From Candidatus Poribacteria bacterium (GTDB lineage Bacteria > Poribacteria > WGA-4E > PCPOR2b), in NCBI GenBank assembly GCA_965215015.1, contig OZ244042.1:2528001-2592000 (forward strand): a DNA stretch of 64,000 nucleotides. The letters are read 5' to 3'. The position numbers were made by a program, and so were the translations under genes. How positions within the stretch are numbered: the first letter of the stretch is position 1; each line of letters opens with the position of its first letter. Below are positions 48,498 to 59,052 of this stretch, piece after piece. The notes under the pieces were generated by a model that was given only the letters and a program-made list of their open reading frames with translations, was not told the origin of the DNA and made no database searches.

Positions 48498-50117
48498 ATG
48501 CAGATAAAAGTATCGTGGTTTTATAGTAAGGTGGGGGTGATTACCCTACTCCTAGCACTGCTAACCATTATATACGTAACATCCGCTTGGGCACAACAAA
48601 ACGAAGAACCTTCCGTTCTCCACAAAGTCAATGCACAGATTACGGCGGTTCTCTTTTTCGACATCGCCTTCGGTAGTATTCAGATTGATGAGGCCGATCG
48701 AGATGGAAATCCGGTGCTGGACGCATCCGATAATCCCAAGAAAAGGGTTATTCCTGTCCCCTTTCTGCTCGTTGTCCTAATTCTCGGCGCAATCTTTTTC
48801 ACCTTCTGGTATCGCTGGATTAACGTGCGAGGATTCAAGCACTCTATTGACATCATTCGCGGGAAGTATGACAACCCAGAGGATACCGGGGAAATTTCCC
48901 ATTTCCGTGCCTTGACAAGCGCGTTGTCCGCAACGGTCGGACTCGGAAACATTGCGGGGGTAGCAATTGCGATTCAGTTAGGTGGTCCAGGTGCCGTTTT
49001 TTGGATGCTTGTCGCAGCAGTGTTCGGGATGGCTGCAAAGTTCAGCAGCTGTACGCTATCCCAGATGTATCGGCAGACGAATGCAGATGGCAGCATTTCC
49101 GGCGGTCCTATGTACTACATTGATATCGGTTTGAGACAGATAGGAGGAGGCTGGGCACCTCTGGGGAAGGTGCTAGCGATCGTGTATGCGCTTATGATTA
49201 TGGGAGGTGCTGTCGGTGGGGGCAATATGTTTCAGGTAAATCAGACCGCCGAGGCGTTTCGGAGTACCTTCGGACTTTCGGAAGGAGCCAATTGGGTCAT
49301 TGGTATCGTAATAGCAATTTTGGTTGGGGTGGTAATTATTGGTGGAATTAAACGAATTGGCGCAGCAACTTCTAGAATTGTACCGATCATGTGTGGTTTA
49401 TATGTCTGCTTTTCGATTCTAATAATCTTGATTAACATTACCAGAATTCCTGAAGCTATCGGCCTCATCTGGCACATGGCTTTTACAGGCAATGCTTTCT
49501 ACGGCGGCTTTGTTGGCGTACTGGTGTGGGGTATCAAGCGTGCCTCTTTTTCCAACGAGGCAGGTCTGGGCAGTGCTGCTATCGCTCACGCAGCAGCAAA
49601 AACAGAAGAACCCGTTCGGGAAGGGCTCGTGGCAATGATTGGTCCCTTCATTGATACTATTATTGTATGTTCGATGACGGCACTGGTAGTTATCATTACG
49701 GGTACGTGGAACGATCCCAGCATCCCGCAGTCCGCTGGCGTTACATTGACGACAAAAGCATTTGAAAGTGCCATAAGCTGGTTTCCCGTAGTCCTTACCA
49801 TCAGTGTCGGACTGTTTGCCTATTCCACGATGATTTCTTGGGGTTACTACGGTGAACGGGGTTGGATCTATCTGATTGACCACTTCGGTGGCACCGGTCT
49901 AAAAACCGTTATTGTCTTCAGAGTTATTTTCGTCCTCTTTGTTCTCGTCGGTGCGGTTCATCCATTGAAGGCTGTCTTAGAGTTCTCGGATGTGATGATT
50001 CTCTGCATGGCTTTCCCGAACATCATTGGAAGCATTATCCTTGCACCAAGGGTACTGGAAAAAGTCAGGGACTATTGGAACCGTTACCAATCAGGTGAAA
50101 TGGAACCAGTTCGGTAA
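48498..50117 (+). CDS. Alanine/glycine:cation symporter (AGCS family)
   Basis: ATVGLGNIAGVA, GGPGAVFWM, GGPMYY, FSNEAGLGS. Confidence 0.94.
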   Translation: MQIKVSWFYSKVGVITLLLALLTIIYVTSAWAQQNEEPSVLHKVNAQITAVLFFDIAFGSIQIDEADRDGNPVLDASDNPKKRVIPVPFLLVVLILGAIFFTFWYRWINVRGFKHSIDIIRGKYDNPEDTGEISHFRALTSALSATVGLGNIAGVAIAIQLGGPGAVFWMLVAAVFGMAAKFSSCTLSQMYRQTNADGSISGGPMYYIDIGLRQIGGGWAPLGKVLAIVYALMIMGGAVGGGNMFQVNQTAEAFRSTFGLSEGANWVIGIVIAILVGVVIIGGIKRIGAATSRIVPIMCGLYVCFSILIILINITRIPEAIGLIWHMAFTGNAFYGGFVGVLVWGIKRASFSNEAGLGSAAIAHAAAKTEEPVREGLVAMIGPFIDTIIVCSMTALVVIITGTWNDPSIPQSAGVTLTTKAFESAISWFPVVLTISVGLFAYSTMISWGYYGERGWIYLIDHFGGTGLKTVIVFRVIFVLFVLVGAVHPLKAVLEFSDVMILCMAFPNIIGSIILAPRVLEKVRDYWNRYQSGEMEPVR

Positions 50118-50235
50118 ATGATGCTAACTTGAGGATGTGACATTTTTTCGTAACCCAAGATTCTAGATTGATTCTTGAGTAAAGGAGCGAATCTAGGAGG
50201 TTAGGCTACGACGGGTCACATACAACAATCAGAGT

Positions 50236-51485
50236 TTAGCCGGATAGCAAAGGTAACTGCACCGGCTGGCCCGTTTCATAGCATTGCAAAGCGGCGAAAG
50301 CAATTTCGTGCGTTTTAATCGCGTCCTCTAGATTGCAGTGTGATTCGCGATCATTCAAGATGCAATCGACAAAGTGATTCATTTGTCCCTGGAACGGATG
50401 ATGCGTGACATCGGCACTGTCTGGCAGGATGGCAGGTATTTCGACCCACCCGTTCTGTCCCGGATATTTATGTGACCAGATCCGATTATCCTTAATCGAT
50501 CCGCGGTTTCCAAAAATCTCAAGCGGAAACGTGTAGGGCATGATACAACCGTAATTGACGGAGACTTTACCTAACACACCGTTGGCAAACTTGACGAGAC
50601 AAATTTCAAAATCGTCATATTCCAAGGGCTGTGCTTCCTGCCATTGGGAGGTGAAGTAGTCATACTCCTCCGAAACCCCTTTACGGTAACCACCGGAATA
50701 AGCAAACACTTCGATGGGATTGGCGGCTTCATACTCACCTTCTTGACGAGACAAATTTCAAAATCGTCATATTCCAAGGGCTGTGCTTCCTGCCATTGGG
50801 AGGTGAAGTAGTCATACTCCTCCGAAACCCCTTTACGGTAACCACCGGAATAAGCAAACACTTCGATGGGATTGGCGGCTTCATACTCACCTTTAGCAGC
50901 AAACCAACGAAGCGAATCAGCGGCGTGACAGCCTCCCGTAATCATCGCGCTTACACCCGTTGATTTCTTCCGGGCGTCCTCATAGCCCGTCCACCAGCTA
51001 GCGATGTCGTGCTGATAGTCTGTTTCGACAAAGTAGGGGGTACCAATTGCGTTATCAGCAATCATCGCCTTGAGGGTTTCAAAGAGCGGATTCCAACGCA
51101 AGACAAAGCTGACTATCGTCTTCACCCCCGCGGCTCGGACCGCATCACGCATCGCTCTGATTTCCTCGAGACTATTGGCAATCGGCTTTTCGATAACAAC
51201 ATGCTTCCCGCTCTCCACTGCGGCAATGGTGTTTTCTGCGTGTAAATATTGCGGCGTACAGATGGAAACAATGTCTACACAATCGTGCTTGAGAGCTTGC
51301 TCATAGTTATCATAAAATCTGATATCCTCCAATCCCGCCTCCGCTGCACGGGTCTGGCAACTTGTCAGTTTGCGGCTGGAAATCGCAACGACTTCTGTGT
51401 GTGGATTCGCTTGAAATGCTTTAATATGTTGCGTTGAAACCCATCCTGCCCCATGTACCAGCACGCCTAATTTTTTCTGATCCAT
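50236..51485 (-). pseudogene. Gfo/Idh/MocA oxidoreductase frameshifted by a 152-bp tandem duplication (possibly assembly artefact)
   Basis: GAGWV, IEKP, GGCH; removing one copy restores a 365-aa ORF. Confidence 0.85.
50590..50893. repeat. Exact 152-bp tandem duplication
   Basis: 50590-50741 equals 50742-50893. Confidence 0.95.
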
Positions 51486-51626
51486 CTTAACCTCCCCTTT
51501 CTCGCTCGTAGTATTGGCGACAGCATAGGATAATTCGTCGATAAAGTCAACTCTTTTTTGCGATTCACCTTTCTAGTCTCCATTGGAAGTTCCATGCTCT
51601 AAGAGCGCGTAAATCATACTTTCCTG

Positions 51627-51654
51627 TTGACACAGATTTGGGAATGGTTATAAT
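51627..51654 (+). promoter_or_regulatory. Sigma70 promoter
   Basis: TTGACA-16-TATAAT. Confidence 0.65.
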
Positions 51655-51771
51655 TGCCTCCACTTGCCTCCACGTTGTCCAGTTGATTTTCAAACGAATG
51701 AAGGTTGGCACGTAAGTGAGTTTCAGGGGGGCAGCAAGGATATATCCGTTTGAACGCGAGGAAAAGAACAG

Positions 51772-53019
51772 ATGAGCTATCCAACCGAACAACTAATAGC
51801 ACAAGAAACAGATCACAGCTTTGATGTCAACGTTTATACCCGCCTCGGCGTCAAGCCATTTATTAATGCTAATCTCCCTTTCACGTTTTTGAGCGCGACG
51901 GTGGTATGGCCGGAGGTGCGCCGAGCGATTGACGAGGCAGCGCATTATATGGTTGATGTAGTTGAACTGCAGCGGGGGGTGGGCAGGCGTCTTTCAGAGA
52001 TTTCAGGGGCAGAGTCCGGTATGATCTCCTCCGGAGCCGCCGGATCGATGGCACTTGCGACAGCAGCATGTATCGCAGGCACCGACCCAGAGAAAATTTG
52101 GCAACTCCCCGACACCACGGGTCTCAAAGATCAGGTTATCATGTGGGGCGGGCGAAGTATTTTCGACAGTGCATTGCGGCTGGTTGGGGGCAAACCGATA
52201 GTGGTTAGTTCGCTGGAGGTGCTGCGCCGTTCTATTAACGATAAGACTGCCATGCTCTGCACAGGATACTCCGCTGATCCAGACCCGGTGGCCCCACCAC
52301 CTTTGGCAGAAATGGTGTCGATTTGCAAGCCTTTGGGTGTCCCTGTATTCGTTGACGCAGCGGGTGGTATCCCGCCCATTGACAACCTCCGAAGATATGC
52401 CCGTATGGGCGTAGATTTGTATGGGTTTAGCGGAGGCAAGGGCTTACGGGGACCTCAAGCGAGTGGACTATTGCTTGGGCGGCAGGACCTGATTGAGGCG
52501 GCACTTGCCAATGCGGCGCCAGTTGAGGGGGCCGTATGCCGCGCCATGAAGGTCGGCAAGGAGGAAATTATCGGTTGCATGGCAGCCCTTGAAAAGTGGT
52601 TGACCATCGACCTTGATGCCTTGTATTGTGAACAGACGGAGATGTTGCAGAGAATCGCAATGTTCGTAGAGTCCGTCCCCGGTGTTGAAACTCAAATTGA
52701 AGTCCGTACCGGCAGTAACCGCTTTATGCAACTAGTTGTGCACTGGGACGAAGAGGCTTTTGGGCTCACTGTGGACGAGTGTGGACGCGAGTTGCGAGAA
52801 GGTGCCCCGTCTATATCGGTGCTGTGTAGTTACAACCCCTACGTAACGCGAGTTCGCGAATTCTACCCTCCAGCCGCTGTTGATGAGAAACCTATCAAGC
52901 GTCAGGGCAGCCCGCTAACGGTTTTTTCCCTTAGTCTTCAACCCGGCGAGGAACAAATTGTTGGAACCCGGCTTCGCGATGTTTTGAGGGCGGCACTTAA
53001 TAGGACTTTGTCATATTAA
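51772..53019 (+). CDS. SelA-like/DgaE-like PLP-dependent enzyme
   Basis: LGVKPFINA, VDAA, FSGGKGLRGPQASG, RAMKVGKEEI. Confidence 0.85.
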   Translation: MSYPTEQLIAQETDHSFDVNVYTRLGVKPFINANLPFTFLSATVVWPEVRRAIDEAAHYMVDVVELQRGVGRRLSEISGAESGMISSGAAGSMALATAACIAGTDPEKIWQLPDTTGLKDQVIMWGGRSIFDSALRLVGGKPIVVSSLEVLRRSINDKTAMLCTGYSADPDPVAPPPLAEMVSICKPLGVPVFVDAAGGIPPIDNLRRYARMGVDLYGFSGGKGLRGPQASGLLLGRQDLIEAALANAAPVEGAVCRAMKVGKEEIIGCMAALEKWLTIDLDALYCEQTEMLQRIAMFVESVPGVETQIEVRTGSNRFMQLVVHWDEEAFGLTVDECGRELREGAPSISVLCSYNPYVTRVREFYPPAAVDEKPIKRQGSPLTVFSLSLQPGEEQIVGTRLRDVLRAALNRTLSY

Positions 53020-53095
53020 AATGGCCGAACACAAGTCTCACTACGAAGCGTTTTATTAAAAGCCAATAACTACTTATCTCCTTTCGTAATTATTC

Positions 53096-55849
53096 CTAAC
53101 GTCTCCGGATGGTGAGGTTCAAGGGCAAAAACAGCAGCACAGCACAGAATGCAAGCATCCACTGCCACTCTTTGAACAAGGGAGCAAACCCGAATATTCG
53201 TTGCGTCGTTGGCAGGTAGACTATTGATAGATGCAACACAGTACATGCAAAAATGGTAAAGCATAAAGGAAGATTTGCCTTTATCCTTTGGAAGACAGAT
53301 TCCCAAAAGAGGCGATGGCATTGGAAGTTTGAGATTAACAACCCCAAAATCAACGTTGTACACGCTGCTGTTTGGGCTGCGGCCTGAAGGTGCTGATCCG
53401 TTCCAGTTGAACTCATAGATGTAAGAATAAAGCTAAAAATGGTCATTGACGCAATGACAAAGCTGCGCAGCAGCACATCGTAGAAATCGGCTCGTGATAG
53501 GAAGGGTGGAATCTTTTGAGGTTTGCTATACTTGAAATCGCCACGGATGCGATCATGGCCCAGACTCATCAGTGGTATCAGATTTACGAGCAGATGCACC
53601 CAGAATAGCTGAAGCAAACTCAAGGGCATGGGTAGGTCACGCAGCGGTGGGAAAAAGAAACCCATATACGGCAGCGCACTTCCAATAATAAGTGTGATAA
53701 GCTGTGCAAGGCTGCAGGACAGCAACCAGCGCATTGAACTTCTCAAGTTCATATAAGATTCCCGTACGTGATGTATGAGCCTTGAGATGACGTCAAAACC
53801 ATCTTTAAGCACTACACATGTTGCATGGTGTTGAACAATATGCGAAGAGCGAATAGCGGAGGCAAAACTGACGTCAGCCATTCGCATTGCTCGTAAGTCG
53901 AGAGGGGATTTCCCCCAAAATCCGACAGAATTGCCAAGCCGTTTTAGATGTTGCACCAGATTTTGTTTCTGTTCAATAGAAGGCCGGCAATATACAAGTA
54001 AGCGATTCACAATTGATTCATAGTGATCCTCACTGAACTCAGCCAATTCTTCCTGTGTAACAACACCGTGTTTGTCTTGAACAATAGCAAGTTCTTTGGC
54101 AATATCTAGAGCGGCGTTCCGGTCTCTATCTGTTATGGTGATAATCTTAAGTCCCGCGTCAAGACAGGATTGGATTATCTCCCTTGAATCTGGGTAATCT
54201 AGTTCTGTAAAACTGATAAAGCCCAAGAACGTCATGTTCTGCTGCGTTTCTTCTAGGGAGGGCCGAGTACTCAAGTTTCGATAAGCAATGGCAAGGGCTC
54301 GAGTTCTGCTGCTTGATAGGTATTCAATCGCCTGCTGCGTCAATTGCTTTTGATCAAAACTCATGTAATTGGCATTTCCATCAAGTTGAATGCGATGACA
54401 CGTTTGTATAACTGCCTCTGCATCTCCAAACATCAGCTTTAAGAACTTTCCATCTTGGAGTGCGAAAACAAGCGTTTTGTATGGATGTTCTGGGGTCTGA
54501 GGTTGTTCATCGATCTTAGTGAAAGCCTCATTGTAACGTTCCAAATCAAATCCAATTCTTTCGGCAATTTGGTTTAACGTGGCACCGATGCTCGCTTCTG
54601 CTATAGTCGAAGTTCTATCTAGGCTCTTCCGGCCGTTATCACTGGCACAACGGCTTGCGAGTAAGATCAGCAGTGGAAACTCGGATGGCACCTCCGAATC
54701 CGGCAGCGTGTTTGAAATTGTATCTCCGCCAATCTTATCTGATATGTGCTCACCAAGGGATTTGAGCCAATCTTCCCATGTCTGCTGATCCACGAGGCTT
54801 TCATCCACGAAAACATGTGAAACAGTCAGCTCCTCCTTCATAAAATTGCCGACTTCATTCACACAAACTGCTGTTAGTTTGCTCAGTCTCTCCAGATTAA
54901 CGAGATTACGAATTGCGACCCCCTTTTCCAAGAGTCTGTAAGCGTGTTGAGCCAAGATGGCTCGACTCGTTGAAGCAATCCCTTCAGGAATCGAAGCGAC
55001 GACAAAACCGAATCCGAGAAACAGAAGTTCACTCCAGTGGGTACTTTTGTCTTGAAGTAGCCACGCTACGGCCACCGCTGCCCCTCCCAGTATACCTCCA
55101 GCGATTCGGAAATAGTCGTAAAAGAAGCCCATCTGTACTTCCGCTTCGGCATCTAGGTCAACAATTGCAGGCGTGCGCTGATCGGATTGATTTATTCCCA
55201 ATTGATTGCCGCTCCCAACAACAATTGCCTGCGCTTCTCCTTCAAGGACATACGTTCCGGCAAAAATCATATTGCTCTGCTTTTCAGGGGGCAGGTCCGG
55301 TGTAGAAATTTCCTCATCAGTTTTCTGCGTGTAGGTTGTGGTTCCAAATACCGGGGCTTCATCAACAACCAGAGCGTCGGCCTCAACAATGCGGGCATCA
55401 GCGGCAATATAATCTCCTTCTTTCAGGAGTAACAGATCACCGGGAACAATTGCTGTAGGGGGAAGCTTGATAACATTCCCATCCCGAATAACGGATACAC
55501 TGACCTCTAAATGCGTTGTAATAGACTGCAGCTGATAGTGTGTTCTGCCAGCCTGAATGAATCGCCAGAGAATATGAAAACAGAGAATCGCCGAAAACAC
55601 CAAGATTTCGTGAATCGCACGTTGGAAATAGAGAAGTGCACAGATAACAACGAACAGGAGAATGACTGTTAAGTTGGAAAATTGCTTCAGTAAGAGAATG
55701 AACAGTGAACTTTCTTGAGATCGCAGCGTTTCGTTGCGACCATATTTGTTAGCTTGAGCGGCTGCTTCCTCGCTACTTAATCCGCGTTCAAGGTCTGTCC
55801 TGAATTCATGTAGAAGATGTGGAATTTTTTGGGTGTACCAATTTGACAT
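53096..55849 (-). CDS. Type II P-type ATPase homologue with degenerate catalytic motifs
   Basis: GLSSEEA, VIRDG, VPGD, ADARI, FAGT, PEGI retained; DKTGT replaced by NEVGN. Confidence 0.85.
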   Translation of the reverse strand: MSNWYTQKIPHLLHEFRTDLERGLSSEEAAAQANKYGRNETLRSQESSLFILLLKQFSNLTVILLFVVICALLYFQRAIHEILVFSAILCFHILWRFIQAGRTHYQLQSITTHLEVSVSVIRDGNVIKLPPTAIVPGDLLLLKEGDYIAADARIVEADALVVDEAPVFGTTTYTQKTDEEISTPDLPPEKQSNMIFAGTYVLEGEAQAIVVGSGNQLGINQSDQRTPAIVDLDAEAEVQMGFFYDYFRIAGGILGGAAVAVAWLLQDKSTHWSELLFLGFGFVVASIPEGIASTSRAILAQHAYRLLEKGVAIRNLVNLERLSKLTAVCVNEVGNFMKEELTVSHVFVDESLVDQQTWEDWLKSLGEHISDKIGGDTISNTLPDSEVPSEFPLLILLASRCASDNGRKSLDRTSTIAEASIGATLNQIAERIGFDLERYNEAFTKIDEQPQTPEHPYKTLVFALQDGKFLKLMFGDAEAVIQTCHRIQLDGNANYMSFDQKQLTQQAIEYLSSSRTRALAIAYRNLSTRPSLEETQQNMTFLGFISFTELDYPDSREIIQSCLDAGLKIITITDRDRNAALDIAKELAIVQDKHGVVTQEELAEFSEDHYESIVNRLLVYCRPSIEQKQNLVQHLKRLGNSVGFWGKSPLDLRAMRMADVSFASAIRSSHIVQHHATCVVLKDGFDVISRLIHHVRESYMNLRSSMRWLLSCSLAQLITLIIGSALPYMGFFFPPLRDLPMPLSLLQLFWVHLLVNLIPLMSLGHDRIRGDFKYSKPQKIPPFLSRADFYDVLLRSFVIASMTIFSFILTSMSSTGTDQHLQAAAQTAACTTLILGLLISNFQCHRLFWESVFQRIKANLPLCFTIFACTVLHLSIVYLPTTQRIFGFAPLFKEWQWMLAFCAVLLFLPLNLTIRRR

Positions 55850-56004
55850 GGTTCAAAATTCTTGTCTGAAAACTGAGTAGGCGTAGAAACTGAAGATGTT
55901 GTTAAAAGGTTGGGATGACTCAAATAGAATCTATCCGATAACATCTGCCTCGTAGTAGGGGTTGAAATATATTTTACCATGTAATTGTATGTCTGAAAAC
56001 AAAA

Positions 56005-56030
56005 AAAGCCTCGTCTAATGACAAGGCTTT
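56005..56030 (-). terminator. Terminator-like hairpin downstream of rpmA
   Basis: AAAGCCTCGTC-TAAT-GACAAGGCTTT preceded by A-run; right arm repeated at ~56033-56048. Confidence 0.55.
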
Positions 56031-56194
56031 AATAATGACAAGGCTTTAAACGTAACCAATATGATGGTGCGACAATCTTGACTCAATCCGCGCGGAACAT
56101 TGCACGAGAGTCCGGGCATTTTCAATTTACCTTATACGGTGGCGCGATATTCAGGGTATTTGAAGCGGGCTTGTCAGCAAGATTAGATAAGTGG

Positions 56195-56461
56195 CTAAAA
56201 ATCGGGACGTTCTGAGTAAACGCTAACTTTTCTGCGGAATTTATCCTTCCGCTCAAACCAGACATAACCATCAATTGTCGAGTAGAGCGTGTAATCGTTC
56301 CCAACCCCAACATTTTTTCCGGGGTGGATGTGTGTACCGCGCTGTCGGACCAGAATGCTTCCAGCGGTTACAGCACTCCCAGAAAACTGCTTGACGCCAA
56401 GCCGTTTACCGATACTATCTCGTCCATTGCTTGTACTTCCGCCGCCTTTTTTATGAGCCAT
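56195..56461 (-). CDS. rpmA: 50S ribosomal protein L27
   Basis: [27 protein letters not shown]. Confidence 0.98.
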   Translation of the reverse strand: MAHKKGGGSTSNGRDSIGKRLGVKQFSGSAVTAGSILVRQRGTHIHPGKNVGVGNDYTLYSTIDGYVWFERKDKFRRKVSVYSERPDF

Positions 56462-56804
56462 TTTCGTTTTCCTCCTTAGCTGCGAGATTTTCGCCTCGTA
56501 TTTCAGTAATACGCAATCGGGTAAATTGCTGCCGGTGTCCCAATTTCCGCTTGTAGCCTTTGCGCCTTTTCGACTTGAAAACAACGATTTTTTTGCTCTT
56601 AGCTTGTTGCACAACTTCACCAATAACGGCGGCATTTTCGAGGTATGGTGTACCCACTTGTACATTGCCGCTACTATCGCCTATAGCCAATATTTCTGAT
56701 AGGGTTACCTCTTCACCGACAGGTGCATCTAACTTTTCAATGTCAATTAGCGTATCCACCTGCACACGATGCTGTTTCCCACCTGAGGCAAATACAGCAT
56801 ACAT
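56451..56804 (-). CDS. rplU: 50S ribosomal protein L21
   Basis: [14 protein letters not shown]...GHRQQFT. Confidence 0.98.
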   Translation of the reverse strand: MYAVFASGGKQHRVQVDTLIDIEKLDAPVGEEVTLSEILAIGDSSGNVQVGTPYLENAAVIGEVVQQAKSKKIVVFKSKRRKGYKRKLGHRQQFTRLRITEIRGENLAAKEENENGS

Positions 56805-56874
56805 CTTTCTTTCTCCTTAAAAAATTTGTGTAGTAGTTACGTCCCCTTTAAAGTAGGTGGGGACGCAAATAAAA

Positions 56875-56903
56875 AGTATAACAAAAATTTTCTTAACAGT
56901 CAA
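56875..56903 (-). promoter_or_regulatory. Sigma70 promoter for rplU-rpmA
   Basis: TTGACT-17-TATACT with TG extension. Confidence 0.65.
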
Positions 56904-56905
56904 TG

Positions 56906-58453
56906 CTAATTCAAGTGAATCTCGCGATTAGAACCTTCTGCAAAGATTTGGTAATCTTCAAGATGTATATCCGCATCTCCTTGCAGCCAAATCTGTAGAT
57001 TCATTGATTTTTCGAGTTGTCCCAGTCTACTCGCTTTATCGTCAAGCAGATGGGATACGATATGTTCGTTTGCAACTACCCTCAACCTTCTTTTCCGCGA
57101 TTTCCGATGGGCTTTTTTTATAGACCGTAACAGATTAATTGTAATTGTATCGGTCGAGAGGACGGAACCGTGTCCATCACAATAGGGGCAAGATTCGGTG
57201 AGAACGGTCGCTAAGCTGGGACGGGTCCGCTGTCGTGTCATTTCCACAAGTCCAAGTTCGGATATGTGCAAAAGGTTGGTTCGGGCCCGATCTTTGTCTA
57301 ACGCCTGCTGCAACAACTTATAGACCATTCGGCGATGTTCGGGGGCATCCATGTCAATAAAATCGATGACGATAATTCCTCCCAAGTCTCTTAGGCGAAT
57401 CTGCCGCACGACCTCCTCAACGGCTTCTAGGTTTGCGCTCAAGATGGTATTATCGGGATTTCCTTTCCCGACAAATTTCCCCGTATTGACATCAATAGAA
57501 ACCATCGCCTCCGTCTGTTGGATAACGAGGTGTCCACCACATTTGAGCCAGATTTTTTCACTCAGTGCTTTTTCGAGTTCTTTATCAATACCGTAGGATT
57601 CAAAGATAGGTGTTGATTTATCGTAGAATTTAATCTGTGAACTCGGTTCAGAAAGAGAAGATGAGAGATAATTCATTGCTTCCTGATACTGCTCTTTGGA
57701 ATCTATGACCACCCGTGTGACCTCACTTGTGAACGAATCTCGAACAACTCGGACAATAAAGCTATGTTCTTTATGGACCAGGCTAGGTGCGGACATTTTC
57801 TCAGCTTGTTTAACAATCCGTTTCCATTGTTCAACAAGGTACTTAATCTCCGCGGTAAAGTCCGCTTCACTTTTTCCTTCAGCAGACGTCCGAATAATAA
57901 ATCCACCTTCAATATCAGTACGTATTGCTTCGGCAATCTCTCTGAGGCGTTGTCTTTCTTCTGCTGATTCAATTCGTCGGGAGACGCCGATATTCGACGC
58001 GGTGGGCAGATAGACAACGTACCGCCCAGGAAGTGTGATGCAGGTGGTCACACGGGGCCCCTTTGTGCCGATCGGCTCCTTTCCAACCTGCACTAGGATG
58101 TCTTGATTTGGGTGAATGAGGTCGCTGATGGAATAAGCATATCCCCTTCCGGGCTTCGGTGACTTTGCTGAATTTTTATTTAGGTCGAGTTTCGCGGCAT
58201 CTTCGCTGGAGCTATTCTCATCCAGATCGCGAATGATATCCGAAATATGCAGAAAAGCGTGTCGTTCCAATCCAATATTCACGAAGGCAATCTGCATACC
58301 GGGGAGGACGTTTTCTACACGCCCTTTATAAGTGTTGTTAAGCGTATGCTCGTTATTTTTGCGTTCAATAGCAATTTCGGTCAGAACGCCATCTTCGAGT
58401 ATAGCACATCGCGTTTCATACTCATCGTCAGAAATGATAATCTCTTTTTGCAT
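56906..58453 (-). CDS. rng: Rne/Rng family ribonuclease (RNase G-length)
   Basis: AFVNIG, KEPIGTKGPR, IDVNTG, LRDLGGIIVIDFIDM, CPYC. Confidence 0.93.
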   Translation of the reverse strand: MQKEIIISDDEYETRCAILEDGVLTEIAIERKNNEHTLNNTYKGRVENVLPGMQIAFVNIGLERHAFLHISDIIRDLDENSSSEDAAKLDLNKNSAKSPKPGRGYAYSISDLIHPNQDILVQVGKEPIGTKGPRVTTCITLPGRYVVYLPTASNIGVSRRIESAEERQRLREIAEAIRTDIEGGFIIRTSAEGKSEADFTAEIKYLVEQWKRIVKQAEKMSAPSLVHKEHSFIVRVVRDSFTSEVTRVVIDSKEQYQEAMNYLSSSLSEPSSQIKFYDKSTPIFESYGIDKELEKALSEKIWLKCGGHLVIQQTEAMVSIDVNTGKFVGKGNPDNTILSANLEAVEEVVRQIRLRDLGGIIVIDFIDMDAPEHRRMVYKLLQQALDKDRARTNLLHISELGLVEMTRQRTRPSLATVLTESCPYCDGHGSVLSTDTITINLLRSIKKAHRKSRKRRLRVVANEHIVSHLLDDKASRLGQLEKSMNLQIWLQGDADIHLEDYQIFAEGSNREIHLN

Positions 58454-59052
58454 TGTCGCCTCCGGTCTGAAGTTCAAGAACTAGGCCACAAAACTCACAA
58501 CCGATCTATCCATGGAGGCAACGAACAAAACAATGAGGTTCGAGAAAAAGCAATCTTTTAATTGATAATAGTAATCCGTATGCTTTTGCATTGTCCGGTA
58601 ATATCGGACAATATAGCCCCGGCGTAAGACCTACGACAGGTACAGTGTCACTCTTTTTTTCTTTGGTACTGTACTATCAGTATATTCGTAACAATCTTCA
58701 CCATGATTGCATCCAGAGCTGAAACGTAAAGCAATTCTCCTATCACGTTTCACGTATTGCATCCAAATTCTTAAATTGTTGAGAAATATCGTAAGAATTT
58801 GAAAATTAAAAGATTAAGTGAGCATGTGCACTATCACTAAATATGTAAGAAGACCGCATGAAAGCAGGATAAACACCAAAAGTACCAAGCCGTTGGAAGC
58901 AGCGAGAAAATAGGTGAGGGCGTGAAGGAACACCCTTCTGCCCCTGCTGTATTATGGCTTATGTATGTTCGCGCTAGACTGAAAATGCTGTCCCATGGAA
59001 TTCTTCACAGCTATCTGTTAGTACACCCTCCCAACCTGAGTTGATTAGAACC

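Noticed and set aside
51772-53019. True selenocysteine synthase SelA serving the selenoprotein
   Set aside because: Lacks the SelA N-terminal domain and typical motifs; MKVGKEE pattern fits the SelA-like/DgaE group
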